From: Myxococcota bacterium
GTDB taxonomy: Bacteria > Myxococcota_A > Polyangia > Polyangiales > Houyiibacteriaceae
Assembly (NCBI GenBank): GCA_039030515.1
Contig: JBCCEA010000002.1
Location: 32,001 to 96,000 of the forward strand
DNA length: 64,000 nt
Direction: 5' to 3'
Below the pieces are notes generated by a model that was not told where the DNA came from, ran no database searches, and saw only the letters and a list, made by a program, of their open reading frames with translations. Positions 47,987 to 57,529 of this stretch are shown here, one piece after another (the stretch's first letter is position 1; each line of letters starts with the position of its first letter). Made by a program: the position numbers and the translations under genes.

Positions 47987-49263
47987 CCTTTGACGCTGAA
48001 ATTCTGACCGCTTTGGTCTGCATCGTAGTCCTTTGGCTTTTGGTGGAGGTGGTGAGACATCGGCGCGCGCTCGCGCAGGTTCCGGTGCGGGTACACGTCA
48101 ACGGGACCCGAGGTAAAAGTAGCGTAGCGCGTCTCATCGCCGCTGGACTGAGAGCGGGAAAGCAGCGAGTTCTCGCGAAAACCACGGGAACTTTGGCGCG
48201 GGTCATCCTGCCCAATGAACGCGAGTTGAGCATCTTCCGGCCACTCGGCGCAAATGTGCGGGAGCAAATTCGCATCGTGCGATTCTCGGCAGAGCAAAAA
48301 GTCGATGTCCTCGTGGTGGAATGCATGGCGCTCCAGCCCATGCTGCAGTGGCTCAGCGAGCAGATGTTTGTGCGCGCAACCCACGGAGTGATCACCAATG
48401 CCCGACCCGACCACTTGGACGTGATGGGGCCAGGCGGTCTTGACGTTGCCAAAGCACTCGCAGGCATGATGCCTCGGGGGGCAAAATGCTTTACGGCCGA
48501 GCAGGAGCACCTTGCGGTGTTTGAACATGCAGCAAAAGACCGCGGAACCAAACTAGAGGCAGTCGGTGAAGAGGAAGTACACCTGCTTACGGCTGAGATG
48601 ATGGCCGGTTTCTCTCATTACGAGCACCGAGACAATGTCGCGTTGGCGCTCAGAGTTTGCGAGGACCTGGGAGTGGATCGACAGCTAGCGCTCGAGGGAA
48701 TGCAGTCGATGCGACCCGATCCAGGCGCGCTTACCTTTCATCCGGTCGACTTCTTCGGACGAGAGATCCTCTTTGTCAACGCGTTTGCGGCCAATGATCC
48801 GGTGTCGAGTAAGCAAATCTGGGAACTTTGCTTGAAGCGATACCCCACACATCGGCGGGTCTGTCTATTTAACTGCCGTGCCGATCGGATCGATCGTTCA
48901 AGGCAACTCGGCGAGGCACTGCAAGAGTGGACCTGCCCCGATCGCGTCGTGGCCGTAGGGAGCGGTACGGTGTTCCTGGCGCGTTCGATCCCCGCGTCTT
49001 TTGATATGAACCGCTTCACCGCAGTCGAAAGCGGGGACCCCCGAGACGTCTTTGAACAGCTCATCGAAGAATGCGGCGAGCGCACTTTGATCGTTGGGCT
49101 TGGAAACATCGGGGGCCTCGGTCTGAGCCTAGTCCGGCTCTTTCGAAACCGCGCTGCGCCAGCGACGCAGCACATGAACACGGAACGAAACGTCAGAGGC
49201 GAGAACCTGCAGAAAAAAGAGCAAGGTTCGACTGTCTCAACACAGAAGCCAGGGCAAAGCTGA
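47983..49263 (+). CDS. pgsB: Poly-gamma-glutamate synthase PgsB/CapB
   Basis: RVHVNGTRGKSS, KTTGT, ECMALQP, ITNARPDHLDVMG, FVNAFAAND, NCRADR, GLGNIGG. Confidence 0.93.
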   Translation: MTFDAEILTALVCIVVLWLLVEVVRHRRALAQVPVRVHVNGTRGKSSVARLIAAGLRAGKQRVLAKTTGTLARVILPNERELSIFRPLGANVREQIRIVRFSAEQKVDVLVVECMALQPMLQWLSEQMFVRATHGVITNARPDHLDVMGPGGLDVAKALAGMMPRGAKCFTAEQEHLAVFEHAAKDRGTKLEAVGEEEVHLLTAEMMAGFSHYEHRDNVALALRVCEDLGVDRQLALEGMQSMRPDPGALTFHPVDFFGREILFVNAFAANDPVSSKQIWELCLKRYPTHRRVCLFNCRADRIDRSRQLGEALQEWTCPDRVVAVGSGTVFLARSIPASFDMNRFTAVESGDPRDVFEQLIEECGERTLIVGLGNIGGLGLSLVRLFRNRAAPATQHMNTERNVRGENLQKKEQGSTVSTQKPGQS

Positions 49264-49275
49264 GGGGAGTGCTAG

Positions 49276-49758
49276 GTGATCGGTCCAGACCTCATCATCA
49301 TTTCGATCGCGATCGGGATCGTCGTCAGTTTCCTATTTTCGGAGGTGTATGGCGTAGCCGCCGGAGGGGTTGTCGTTCCTGGCTACGTCGCACTCTATCT
49401 CGATCGCCCCTACCCTCTGGTCGTTACAATTGTCATTTCGATCGCAAGTTTTTTGATCACCAAAGTCGCGTCTCAGTTTCTCATCGTGTACGGACGTCGA
49501 AAAACCGCACTTCATATCCTCATCGCGTTCGCCCTGGGAGCTTGGTGTTCCAGGTTGGAGTTTCTGCCGACGATCTTCGCGCTCGACCCTCAGGAAACCC
49601 CGGTCATCGGCTACATCATTCCCGGACTCATCGCGATTTGGTTTGATCGGCAGGGCGTGGTGCTCACTACGGCATCGCTCACCATCGCCTCCGTGGTAGT
49701 GCGTCTGATTCTACTACTGCTAGTGGGTCCGATCTCAAGCCACGCCGCGGGAACCTGA
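49276..49758 (+). CDS. pgsC: Poly-gamma-glutamate biosynthesis protein PgsC/CapC
   Basis: GVAAGGVVVPGYVAL, YGRRK, IGYIIPGLIA...RQG. Confidence 0.92.
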   Translation: MIGPDLIIISIAIGIVVSFLFSEVYGVAAGGVVVPGYVALYLDRPYPLVVTIVISIASFLITKVASQFLIVYGRRKTALHILIAFALGAWCSRLEFLPTIFALDPQETPVIGYIIPGLIAIWFDRQGVVLTTASLTIASVVVRLILLLLVGPISSHAAGT

Positions 49759-50891
49759 TGCAGTCTCTCTACTGGCGCAGCAATCGCATCTCCACGCCAC
49801 AAATGGTCGCCGTCGCCCTGTGTGCGGCCCTCGGGCTTTTCGTCGTCGAACTGAATCCAACCGAAAGACGGGACGAGTCCTACGAGATCAAGAGCGCTGC
49901 AGCGCACCTGGCTGACGACGCATTTCGCGCCGTGAACCTCGAGCGTATTCGCCGGCAAATTGACCTAGAGCCAGAGCTAGACCCCTCGGGCAGTGGACTC
50001 ATCGGCCCGGCGCACACCCCCATCGTGTCGAACGAAGGGCACCTCACGGCAAAACAAACGAGTGCGAACCCCAATTTTTCGGCAGCGTTCATCGATATGC
50101 TGATCAAAGCGGGAGTTCGGCGCGGTGACCTGGTTGCGGCAAATATGACCGGATCGTTCCCGGCCATGAACATCGCGATGTGTGCCGCGTTTGAGGTACT
50201 GGATGTTACGCCGGTGATCGTCAGCAGCGTAGCCGCATCTGAATATGGCGCGACCCATCCAGAGCTGACTTGGCTCGACATGGAGCGATCGCTCTTCGAG
50301 CGAGAACTGTTTTCCTTTAGGAGCCGAGCAGTCACGTTGGGCGGAGTTCTCGATATGGCCCGCGACCATTCCGAAGAAGGAGTCGACCTGCTCCGCGCCG
50401 CGATCGACCGAAGTGGGCTCGCGCCGATGTATCCCGCTTCCTTTGAAGAGGCGGTACGCATGCGTCTTGATCTATTCGATCAAGTGCGTGGCGATAGGGA
50501 CTACGCCGCCTACATCAACATCGGTGGAGGAACCGCGTCTGTGGGCACCGCGTCCGACAAGCGACACTTTAGTGCTGGAGTCAACACCCGAGTGCCCATC
50601 GAACTCGAACGAAGTTCGGTGATGCGTCACTACCTAGAGCGAAACATACCGGTAATTCATATCAGCCACATCGCTGAGATCGCTCGCTACTATGGACTGC
50701 CGGAAACACCGGTCGAGACACCAAGCCCCGGAAGCGGAGGCGTGTTTACCCAGACGGTGCTGCCGGCTTGGACGATTGTCACCGTGCTGGGGCTGATCTT
50801 CCTTTCGATGTACCTCGCGACGCGTTTCGATCTCAGAACCACGTTCGGCCGCAGCGAAGAACGATCGGGCCCACCCGAGCCGATGATCTGA
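49758..50891 (+). CDS. pgsW: Poly-gamma-glutamate system protein PgsW
   Basis: SGLIG, AKQTSANPNF, TGSFPAMN, YGATHP, YINIGG, IPVIH; N- and C-terminal TM segments; follows pgsC. Confidence 0.8.
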   Translation: MQSLYWRSNRISTPQMVAVALCAALGLFVVELNPTERRDESYEIKSAAAHLADDAFRAVNLERIRRQIDLEPELDPSGSGLIGPAHTPIVSNEGHLTAKQTSANPNFSAAFIDMLIKAGVRRGDLVAANMTGSFPAMNIAMCAAFEVLDVTPVIVSSVAASEYGATHPELTWLDMERSLFERELFSFRSRAVTLGGVLDMARDHSEEGVDLLRAAIDRSGLAPMYPASFEEAVRMRLDLFDQVRGDRDYAAYINIGGGTASVGTASDKRHFSAGVNTRVPIELERSSVMRHYLERNIPVIHISHIAEIARYYGLPETPVETPSPGSGGVFTQTVLPAWTIVTVLGLIFLSMYLATRFDLRTTFGRSEERSGPPEPMI

Positions 50892-50913
50892 ACGTGATCC
50901 TCGCGTGAATTTA

Positions 50914-51006
50914 GGGACCACGTAACCTCAGGAACCACGTAACCTCAGGAACCACGTAACCTCAGGAACCACGTGACCTCAGGAACCACGTGACCTCAGG
51001 AACCAC
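50914..51006. repeat. 17-bp tandem repeat x~5.5 (GGAACCACGTRACCTCA) spanning the helicase stop codon
   Basis: Copies at 50914, 50931, 50948, 50965, 50982 and a partial copy at 50999; helicase stop at 50996-50998. Confidence 0.95.
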
Positions 51007-52894
51007 CCCAACCTTGCGACTTTCGTTTCTTGCCCTTGAAGCGCTTCGATTCAGACGAAGAACGCGATCGCTTCGGACCAGGGTACGCTCCAATGCGGTC
51101 GCGGCCGGATGCGCGAGAACCGGATGCGCGAGAACCAGAGCCGGATGAACCAGAGCCGGATGAATCACCGCGTTGCCGAGCACGTGAGATAGGCACCATT
51201 CTTCCCCGGACCTGCACCTCAACTCCGCCACGGAGCAAGGCCTCTCCCTCCTCACGGCGTACGTTGACGAAACTCATTTGATCTAGAATCGTGACCTTGC
51301 CGATATAGACGCTTTCGATGCCCGCGTCTCCCGCCAATGCTCCTACCAGGTCCGCAGGCCTCACCCCCCGGGTCCTACCGATAGGCAGAAACAACTCAAC
51401 CGGAGCTTCGTCCACTGCTCGCCGACGCGCTTGCTGGGAATCACCACGCAGGCTTCCTTTCACTCCCGCGGTTCTCGATCCTCCGTCAGCTCTCGGACGA
51501 CGCTCTGCACTCTTTTTCGTCTTCAGCTCGCGGAACCATTTGGGCGGGGCATCGTCTATCGCCGTATCCAGGCGGACGTCTTTGACTTCAGCCAGCTGAT
51601 ACAGTGCGGCAAGCGCCAGCTGTCGCACCTCCAACTCGGGCAGAAGCTCCTCGAGCAGGGGCGTAGCCGAGCCTACCAAGTCAGACGCCACACTGGACTT
51701 GAGACCTTCGATAAGTCGCCGGCGTTCTGCTCGAACGATCTCGGCATCGCTGGGAGGATTCATTTTGGTGATATCCGCCCGAAGTGCGCGCTCAAAATTC
51801 CGGATCCTCGAAGCTTCTCGAGGCGCTACCAAACTTATCGCAACCCCGCTTCTGCCAGCACGCCCAGTCCTGCCGATACGATGGACGTAACTCTCTGCAT
51901 CGTTGGGCAAATCGTAGTTGATGACATGGCTTACATGCTCCACGTCGATTCCGCGTGCTGCAACGTCGGTCGCCACCACAACCTTGAGCCTACCGGCTCG
52001 AAAACGGTTCAGGACCCGCTCTCGGGCTGCCTGATTGAGATCGCCATGGAGCGCATCTACCGAGAGTCCGGCAGACGCCAACCGGTCGGCCGCCTCGGCA
52101 CATCCTGCGCGCGTCCGGGTAAATACGACCGCAGCAGTGATCGGCTCGGAAGCCAGCACCCTTCGCAGCGCATCTACTTTGTGTTTCTCCGGTACCAGAA
52201 GCGCACGCTGCTCGATGTGGTCCACTGTGAGCGCCGCCCGCTCCACCTGTATTTCGACTGCAGCGGGCAGTCGGCGCTCGACAACCCGGCGGATGGCCTC
52301 AGGCATGGTCGCGGAGAACATTGCCACCTGCCGGTCCTGAGGCGCTCCTGCGATCACCCGCTCGACATCTTCGAAGAATCCCATGCGAAGCATCTCGTCC
52401 GCTTCGTCGAGCACGAGCATCTCTAAGGTAGAAATATCCAAAGTGCCTCGATCTAGGTGATCGACTACCCGTCCTGGCGTTCCCACCACCACGGCTACCC
52501 CGGAACGCAGCGCATCGAGCTGAGGACCGTAAGGCGCACCCCCATAAATCGGTACGACTCGTACGGGCAAGGTTCCCGCAAGATCTCGAAGCGCCTGGGT
52601 TACCTGGAGCGCCAGCTCGCGAGTGGGCGTCAAAACCATCGACCGAACCTGAGGCCCGCCGGCTTTCATTCGCTCAAGCAGCGGAATACCAAACGCCGCT
52701 GTTTTACCGGAACCGGTCCGAGCCCGCCCGATCATGTCCTGACCCGCGAGCAATGGAGGGATGGCCCGCGCCTGAATTGCGGTTGGCGCTTCGAATCCTA
52801 CGACTGAAAGACGCTCCAGAATTCGGGGGTCGAGGTTAAATGAATCGAAGGATGCGGGCTGCTCAGTCACGGGCAGCGCGTTAAGCGTAGACAT
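50996..52894 (-). CDS. deaD: DEAD-box RNA helicase (DeaD/CsdA-like, DbpA-type RNA-binding domain)
   Basis: PTAIQ, ARTGSGKT, PTRELA, TPGR, DEAD, SAT, ARGID, HRIGRTGR; C-terminal GVRPADLVGA. Confidence 0.9.
   Translation of the reverse strand: MSTLNALPVTEQPASFDSFNLDPRILERLSVVGFEAPTAIQARAIPPLLAGQDMIGRARTGSGKTAAFGIPLLERMKAGGPQVRSMVLTPTRELALQVTQALRDLAGTLPVRVVPIYGGAPYGPQLDALRSGVAVVVGTPGRVVDHLDRGTLDISTLEMLVLDEADEMLRMGFFEDVERVIAGAPQDRQVAMFSATMPEAIRRVVERRLPAAVEIQVERAALTVDHIEQRALLVPEKHKVDALRRVLASEPITAAVVFTRTRAGCAEAADRLASAGLSVDALHGDLNQAARERVLNRFRAGRLKVVVATDVAARGIDVEHVSHVINYDLPNDAESYVHRIGRTGRAGRSGVAISLVAPREASRIRNFERALRADITKMNPPSDAEIVRAERRRLIEGLKSSVASDLVGSATPLLEELLPELEVRQLALAALYQLAEVKDVRLDTAIDDAPPKWFRELKTKKSAERRPRADGGSRTAGVKGSLRGDSQQARRRAVDEAPVELFLPIGRTRGVRPADLVGALAGDAGIESVYIGKVTILDQMSFVNVRREEGEALLRGGVEVQVRGRMVPISRARQRGDSSGSGSSGSGSRASGSRASGRDRIGAYPGPKRSRSSSESKRFKGKKRKSQGWGGS
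51105..51164 (-). repeat. Two adjacent in-frame 15-bp duplications in the helicase tail (SSGSG x2, SRASG x2)
   Basis: CCGGATGCGCGAGAA x2, then CCAGAGCCGGATGAA x2. Confidence 0.85.
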
Positions 52895-53008
52895 ATTTAT
52901 ATGCTCAAAGAGTGCGCCGGAAGCAGTGAAAAACCGCGGCGCGTGATTGCGTGGAGGCGGAACATACGCGATTCGCGCTTCTCGCGCTAGGCGAAGGATT
53001 CTAGCGGG

Positions 53009-53082
53009 CGCCCCCGGGAGGATTCGAACCTCCGACCTTCGGATTAGAAGTCCGCGGCTCTATCCAACTGAGCTACAGGGGC
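53009..53082 (-). tRNA. tRNA-Arg (anticodon TCT), CCA not encoded
   Basis: GCCCCTG/CGGGGGC acceptor stem, GCTC-AGTTGGATA-GAGC D arm, CTTCTAA anticodon loop, GGAGG-TTCGAAT-CCTCC T arm. Confidence 0.95.
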
Positions 53083-53273
53083 CGATCGAACGCCATCTTG
53101 CCGCAAGTAGCGCTGGGCGCAAGAGCGCTTTGCGCGAAGCAGAAGTGTAATTGAACACGAAAAATCAGGGCTCCCTCCCCTCTAATTTCCAACTGCTCAA
53201 GTCCTGAGCTATGACGAGAAGTCTTTTTCCTATCAAAATCCATGCACCTCATCGACAAGACCAACTCTGACAG

Positions 53274-53306
53274 GAAGGCCCAAACTGTTTGGCCTTCTCT
53301 TTATTT
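53274..53306 (+). terminator. Terminator-like hairpin just upstream of the PilZ gene RBS
   Basis: GAAGGCC(C)AAA-CTG-TTTGGCCTTC followed by TCTTTATTT. Confidence 0.45.
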
Positions 53307-53317
53307 GAGGACTCGTT

Positions 53318-54028
53318 GTGTTGACTGAATCTCAACCGCATATCCAGAGTGAGACGCCGAAAGATCTGATTCAGTTCTGCTGCAGCCGGCGAACAGTTGC
53401 ACTCGTTGTGACAGAGGAGACCAAAGGGGTTTGTGAGGCAAGGTTTCGGCGGACAGCGAACGGCGAGGTCGTACTAACCGTAGCGAAATCGGAAAAGAGC
53501 ATGCCGCTTGAGGGTGCCAAACGCTGCACGGTCTCTTTTCAGCACGAGGGTCGGGTACGCCTTTTTGCCACCGAAGTGCTCAATTTCCTCAAGGCTCCAA
53601 ACAGCCCCTCGGGTGCAGACGCTCAATTGACCCTGAAAACGCCTGAATCGGTAAGGGTGCGGGACTCGCGTCTGGGGGTGCGCGTCCCCGTAAACCCGGC
53701 GGTCGGACTGCGCGTGCGTGTGCTGCGCGAGAACAATGAGTTCGAAGAAGTGGGGCCTCGCAACATCAGCGTCAGCGGATTGCTTGTCGACAGTCTAGGA
53801 TCGCAGATTCAGTCCGAAGACCAGGTCAAAATAGAGCTGGAACACGCGGGCGAACGCATTCGCATCGACTGCGTGGTTCGCAGAGTGCATCCGGACGAGT
53901 CCATCGCCCTTGTATTCGTACCGGTAACGAAGGGATCGGCGGCCCCAGATGCGATTCGACAGATCGTAGAAAAGCTCGAAAAAGATTGGATGCGGCGCAC
54001 GCGGAGCTTGAGCGCACACATGGCCTAA
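53318..54028 (+). CDS. PilZ-domain protein (YcgR-like two-domain)
   Basis: RxxxR (RLGVR) and NISVSG motifs after an N-terminal beta domain; GAGGA RBS. Confidence 0.8.
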   Translation: MLTESQPHIQSETPKDLIQFCCSRRTVALVVTEETKGVCEARFRRTANGEVVLTVAKSEKSMPLEGAKRCTVSFQHEGRVRLFATEVLNFLKAPNSPSGADAQLTLKTPESVRVRDSRLGVRVPVNPAVGLRVRVLRENNEFEEVGPRNISVSGLLVDSLGSQIQSEDQVKIELEHAGERIRIDCVVRRVHPDESIALVFVPVTKGSAAPDAIRQIVEKLEKDWMRRTRSLSAHMA

Positions 54029-54037
54029 GCTTTGGAT

Positions 54038-54658
54038 TCAACTTAAGTTCTGAAGAACGAAATAACCCTGAAGTGTTTCTTTCATCACCCGGAACGCAGC
54101 GGCCCGATGACTAATTTGGTTCTTTTCAGCGGCAGGAAGCGCCGCCATGGAACGTTCTTTTCCGTCTGGCTGAAAGATTGGGTCGTAGCCAAAGCCGCCG
54201 GAGCCTCCAGGCTCGAGCAAGATACGCCCTTCACAAACGCCTTCCGCGTAGGCGACGGGATCTTCCGCGGATCTGCCAGGGTCGACGAAACAGAGCACAC
54301 ATCGGAAACGGGCCTTTCGATCCTGTCTACTCCCGAGCATACCGAGGAGTTTCGCGTTGTTCTCGGCATCACTGGCATGCTCCCCCGCAAATCTTGCGGA
54401 GCGGACTGACGGAGCGCCCCCCAGCGCATCTACCTCAAGACCGCTGTCGTCTGAGATCGTAGGGAGTCCGGCGCGTCGCGCGTACCCAAGAGCCTTAGCC
54501 AGGGCGTTGGCCTTTAGCGTATCCCCGTCCTCTGGAATCGAATCTGAAATTCCAAGGTCAGAAAGAGAGCAAACGCTCAGCGTGACTTGGTCAAACATAC
54601 GCCTGAATTCCAGCACCTTGCCCTTATTGTGGGTCGCAAGCAGAATCTTCGCGCTCAT
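54038..54658 (-). CDS. rdgB: Non-canonical purine NTP pyrophosphatase (HAM1/RdgB)
   Basis: LATHNKGK, DDSGL, SARFAG, GFGYDPIF, KNQISHR; overlaps the rph stop. Confidence 0.94.
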   Translation of the reverse strand: MSAKILLATHNKGKVLEFRRMFDQVTLSVCSLSDLGISDSIPEDGDTLKANALAKALGYARRAGLPTISDDSGLEVDALGGAPSVRSARFAGEHASDAENNAKLLGMLGSRQDRKARFRCVLCFVDPGRSAEDPVAYAEGVCEGRILLEPGGSGGFGYDPIFQPDGKERSMAALPAAEKNQISHRAAAFRVMKETLQGYFVLQNLS

Positions 54659-55410
54659 GCGAGCAACCTCTCGAGTTCGATCCGAGCCGCGGCAAGTGCA
54701 GCGCACTGTTTTTGCACAAGCTGGGCAATCACCTGGGAACCCGCTTCAAGCAGCGCGTCAAACTGTAGACGCGGAACAGGTGGACCTTCCGTAGCCCCTT
54801 GAACCTCGACCACCTCACCCTCAGCGGTAGCTACTAGGTTTAGGTCGACTTGAGCGTTCCTATCCTCTTCATAGCAAAGATCCACCATAGGCTGCCCTTC
54901 CACCAAACCGACACTCACTGCAGCGATCGGACCGCGAAGAACGCCGCGAGGTACCAGACCACGTCGACGCAAATCATCAAGCGCCAACGCCAATGCCACA
55001 AAACCACCGGTTATCGATGCGGTCCTGGTGCCTCCATCCGCATCCAGCACATCACAATCCACATGCAAGGTGCGATCGCCCAGGAGCTCAAGACGCAGCG
55101 CAGCTCTGAGGCAGCGACCGATGAGCCGCTGAATCTCCTGTGCCCGCCCGTCGATGCGCCCGTTCCTTGAATCTCGCATACGCCGCTTCGACCCGGACCG
55201 CGGATGCATCGCATACTCAGCCGTCAACCAACCGGCTCCTTCGTCCACCACCCAGTCCGGACGCCCTGCAGAGACGCTGACCGAGACGAGCACGGTTGTA
55301 CCACCCGAGCGATAAAGCACGGAACCTTCCGGATTTCTCTGAATGCCCAGCTCGATCTCAACTGGACGCAACTGGAGCGAACCTCGACCGTCCTTCCTCG
55401 TCGGCATCAT
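54655..55410 (-). CDS. rph: Ribonuclease PH
   Basis: RKDGR, GWLTAEYAM, EIQRLIGR, DGGTRTASITG, EVQGATE. Confidence 0.94.
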   Translation of the reverse strand: MMPTRKDGRGSLQLRPVEIELGIQRNPEGSVLYRSGGTTVLVSVSVSAGRPDWVVDEGAGWLTAEYAMHPRSGSKRRMRDSRNGRIDGRAQEIQRLIGRCLRAALRLELLGDRTLHVDCDVLDADGGTRTASITGGFVALALALDDLRRRGLVPRGVLRGPIAAVSVGLVEGQPMVDLCYEEDRNAQVDLNLVATAEGEVVEVQGATEGPPVPRLQFDALLEAGSQVIAQLVQKQCAALAAARIELERLLA

Positions 55411-55500
55411 CTTCTCCTCATCGAAAGTAGCCTCATGGCACATAGTCAATACACAAGCCCGGCTCCACCGGCCTTACCATCCTCTTAGAGTCCACCTGTC

Positions 55501-57402
55501 CTAGGAGATAGGCCGTCGCTCTTCCTCCGCATGCGAGGGCAGCCAGATGCGAAATGTAGTTCCCTCACCCGGCTGAGATTCACAGATGATGCTCCCGCCA
55601 TGAGCCGCAACGACCTGCTGGGTCAGGGGCAAACCAAGCCCAGTGCCTCTTTCTTTGGTAGTGTAAAGAAGATCGAAGATATGCTCGCGCTCCTCCGGCG
55701 GTATGCCGTCGCCGTCGTCGCGTACCGAAATGAAGACACCACCGTGGTCCCCTGCGACAGAGAGACCGACGCAACCGCCCCCGGGTACCGCCTCCCTTGC
55801 ATTGCGCAGAAGATTCACCAATGCCTGCCGCATCTGGTTTTCGTCGATCGCCACCAGCGGTAGCTGCGTGCCTATCGATACATCGAAGACAACTCCAGCA
55901 GCCTCAATCTCACGACGTAGAAACTCGCATACCGAACGTGTCCATAAGGCCATGTCCTCCGGTTCCAGACGCGGAGCGGGAACCCGAGCGAGTCTCAAAT
56001 ACTGCTCGGTAATCGCAGTCAAACGATCGATTTCGTTCTGCACTTCGCTCAAAAGCGATCGAGCCTCAGGGTCATCGCGCACCTCGTCTGCCAAAAGCTC
56101 AACATTGAGACCGATACTGGACAGAGGGTTTCTTACTTCGTGCGTGACATGGGCAGCCATGCGACCGATGGCTGCGAGCCGTTCAGTGTGGATCAAACGA
56201 TCTTTGGTGCGAAGCTCTTCTGTCACGTCTTCAACGACCAGCAGCAGTGAGCGGCCGTCATCGCCGAAGGGAGTCACGAGTAGGTCTACGCGACGGTCTT
56301 CCGGAGCAAGCACCACGCCTCGCAAAACCGCTCTTCGTGCTCTCGCGTGACTCCGTCGCACTTCTGGCACCAGATCCCGCAGGCGTTCGGTGAGACCGAC
56401 ATCCTCTATGGTCTTACCGACATCGTCCTGAACAAGACCCAGCAGGCGCTCCGCGGCGCGATTGGCTGTACGTATCCGCTCCTGCCCATCGATCACGACA
56501 ACCGCGGCCCTCAATCCGGCTAGAATTTGCTCCTGCATTCGATGCAAAAGCGCCTGTGCTTCATAGGCCTCCTGAAGCTTCGCCTCGCGTGCAGATAGTG
56601 CTGCTACCATCACCTCAAACTCTCGAGTCAACTGGCCGAACTCGTCGTTGGAACGCGGCACCAAAGGTTCTACCGAGAGCTCACCTGCGGTCACACGGAC
56701 CACACGATCGAGAAGTCGAGGCAGTGGTTTAAGCAGCCGGCCCGACCACCAGATGATCACGAGACCCATCATGAGAGAGATCACGCTGAGCACACCGACA
56801 AGAAGTCGAGCTCGGCGCTCTTGGAGTTCGGCCTTAGACGTAGTCAAGTGGATCTGCTCCCGTAACGTTCTCGAAGCCGCTCGAATCGCGAGTTGCGCTT
56901 CCTTTTCACGTTCTAAGAGCGCCTGACGTTTTGCGCTGAGAACCGCTTTTGGTATCGACTTCCCGACCAAATCAGCCGCCGAGTACACCGTGCGACTGTC
57001 GGTAAAGTGTCGCTCCGCTTCACGCAGACGAGCACGGATTTCTTTCAAGGCGTCAAGCTCTACCGGCGGAGGTTCGAACCGAATTGCAGAGTCCAGGCGT
57101 TCAATCGCGCCGCGAACTACGGAAATATGCATCCATCGAGCGCTTTGGAGCCAGTCGGAGTAGGTGCCGTCAGGGTCGCGAGACAGTTCCAGTTCGCCGA
57201 TAAATACAGACTGGTGCGCCTGAAGTTGGAATATGCCTAGCGCGAGCGGAACGTAATCATTTTGTATGCGTTGGAGCGTACTCGCGTTGCGCTGATGCTG
57301 CACCACACTGATCAGGGCTACCCCGGTGAACATCGTCAACACCAGGGCGTAGCCCAGGAAGATACGGGTCGCGATCGAAAGCCGAGAGGGCCTCAGGCGC
57401 AT
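55501..57402 (-). CDS. Sensor histidine kinase (TM-periplasmic-TM, HAMP, PAS, HisKA, HATPase)
   Basis: HEVRNPL, NLLRNA, DDGDGI, TTKERGTGLGL. Confidence 0.92.
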   Translation of the reverse strand: MRLRPSRLSIATRIFLGYALVLTMFTGVALISVVQHQRNASTLQRIQNDYVPLALGIFQLQAHQSVFIGELELSRDPDGTYSDWLQSARWMHISVVRGAIERLDSAIRFEPPPVELDALKEIRARLREAERHFTDSRTVYSAADLVGKSIPKAVLSAKRQALLEREKEAQLAIRAASRTLREQIHLTTSKAELQERRARLLVGVLSVISLMMGLVIIWWSGRLLKPLPRLLDRVVRVTAGELSVEPLVPRSNDEFGQLTREFEVMVAALSAREAKLQEAYEAQALLHRMQEQILAGLRAAVVVIDGQERIRTANRAAERLLGLVQDDVGKTIEDVGLTERLRDLVPEVRRSHARARRAVLRGVVLAPEDRRVDLLVTPFGDDGRSLLLVVEDVTEELRTKDRLIHTERLAAIGRMAAHVTHEVRNPLSSIGLNVELLADEVRDDPEARSLLSEVQNEIDRLTAITEQYLRLARVPAPRLEPEDMALWTRSVCEFLRREIEAAGVVFDVSIGTQLPLVAIDENQMRQALVNLLRNAREAVPGGGCVGLSVAGDHGGVFISVRDDGDGIPPEEREHIFDLLYTTKERGTGLGLPLTQQVVAAHGGSIICESQPGEGTTFRIWLPSHAEEERRPIS

Positions 57403-57529
57403 CGTTCGATTCGATAGTGGAATGTGGGCCACATGGGCGCATCATAGCCCAAGCGTCTCGATGCATCGAAGATGGCCCTGCGAAAGAAGGACCATCGACG
57501 CATGGTTCAGGGATCAAGGGCAGTCCGTA

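Noticed and set aside
52895..53082. tRNA-Arg as an integration site for a genomic island
   Set aside because: No integrase and no duplicated tRNA 3' end was seen in the window.
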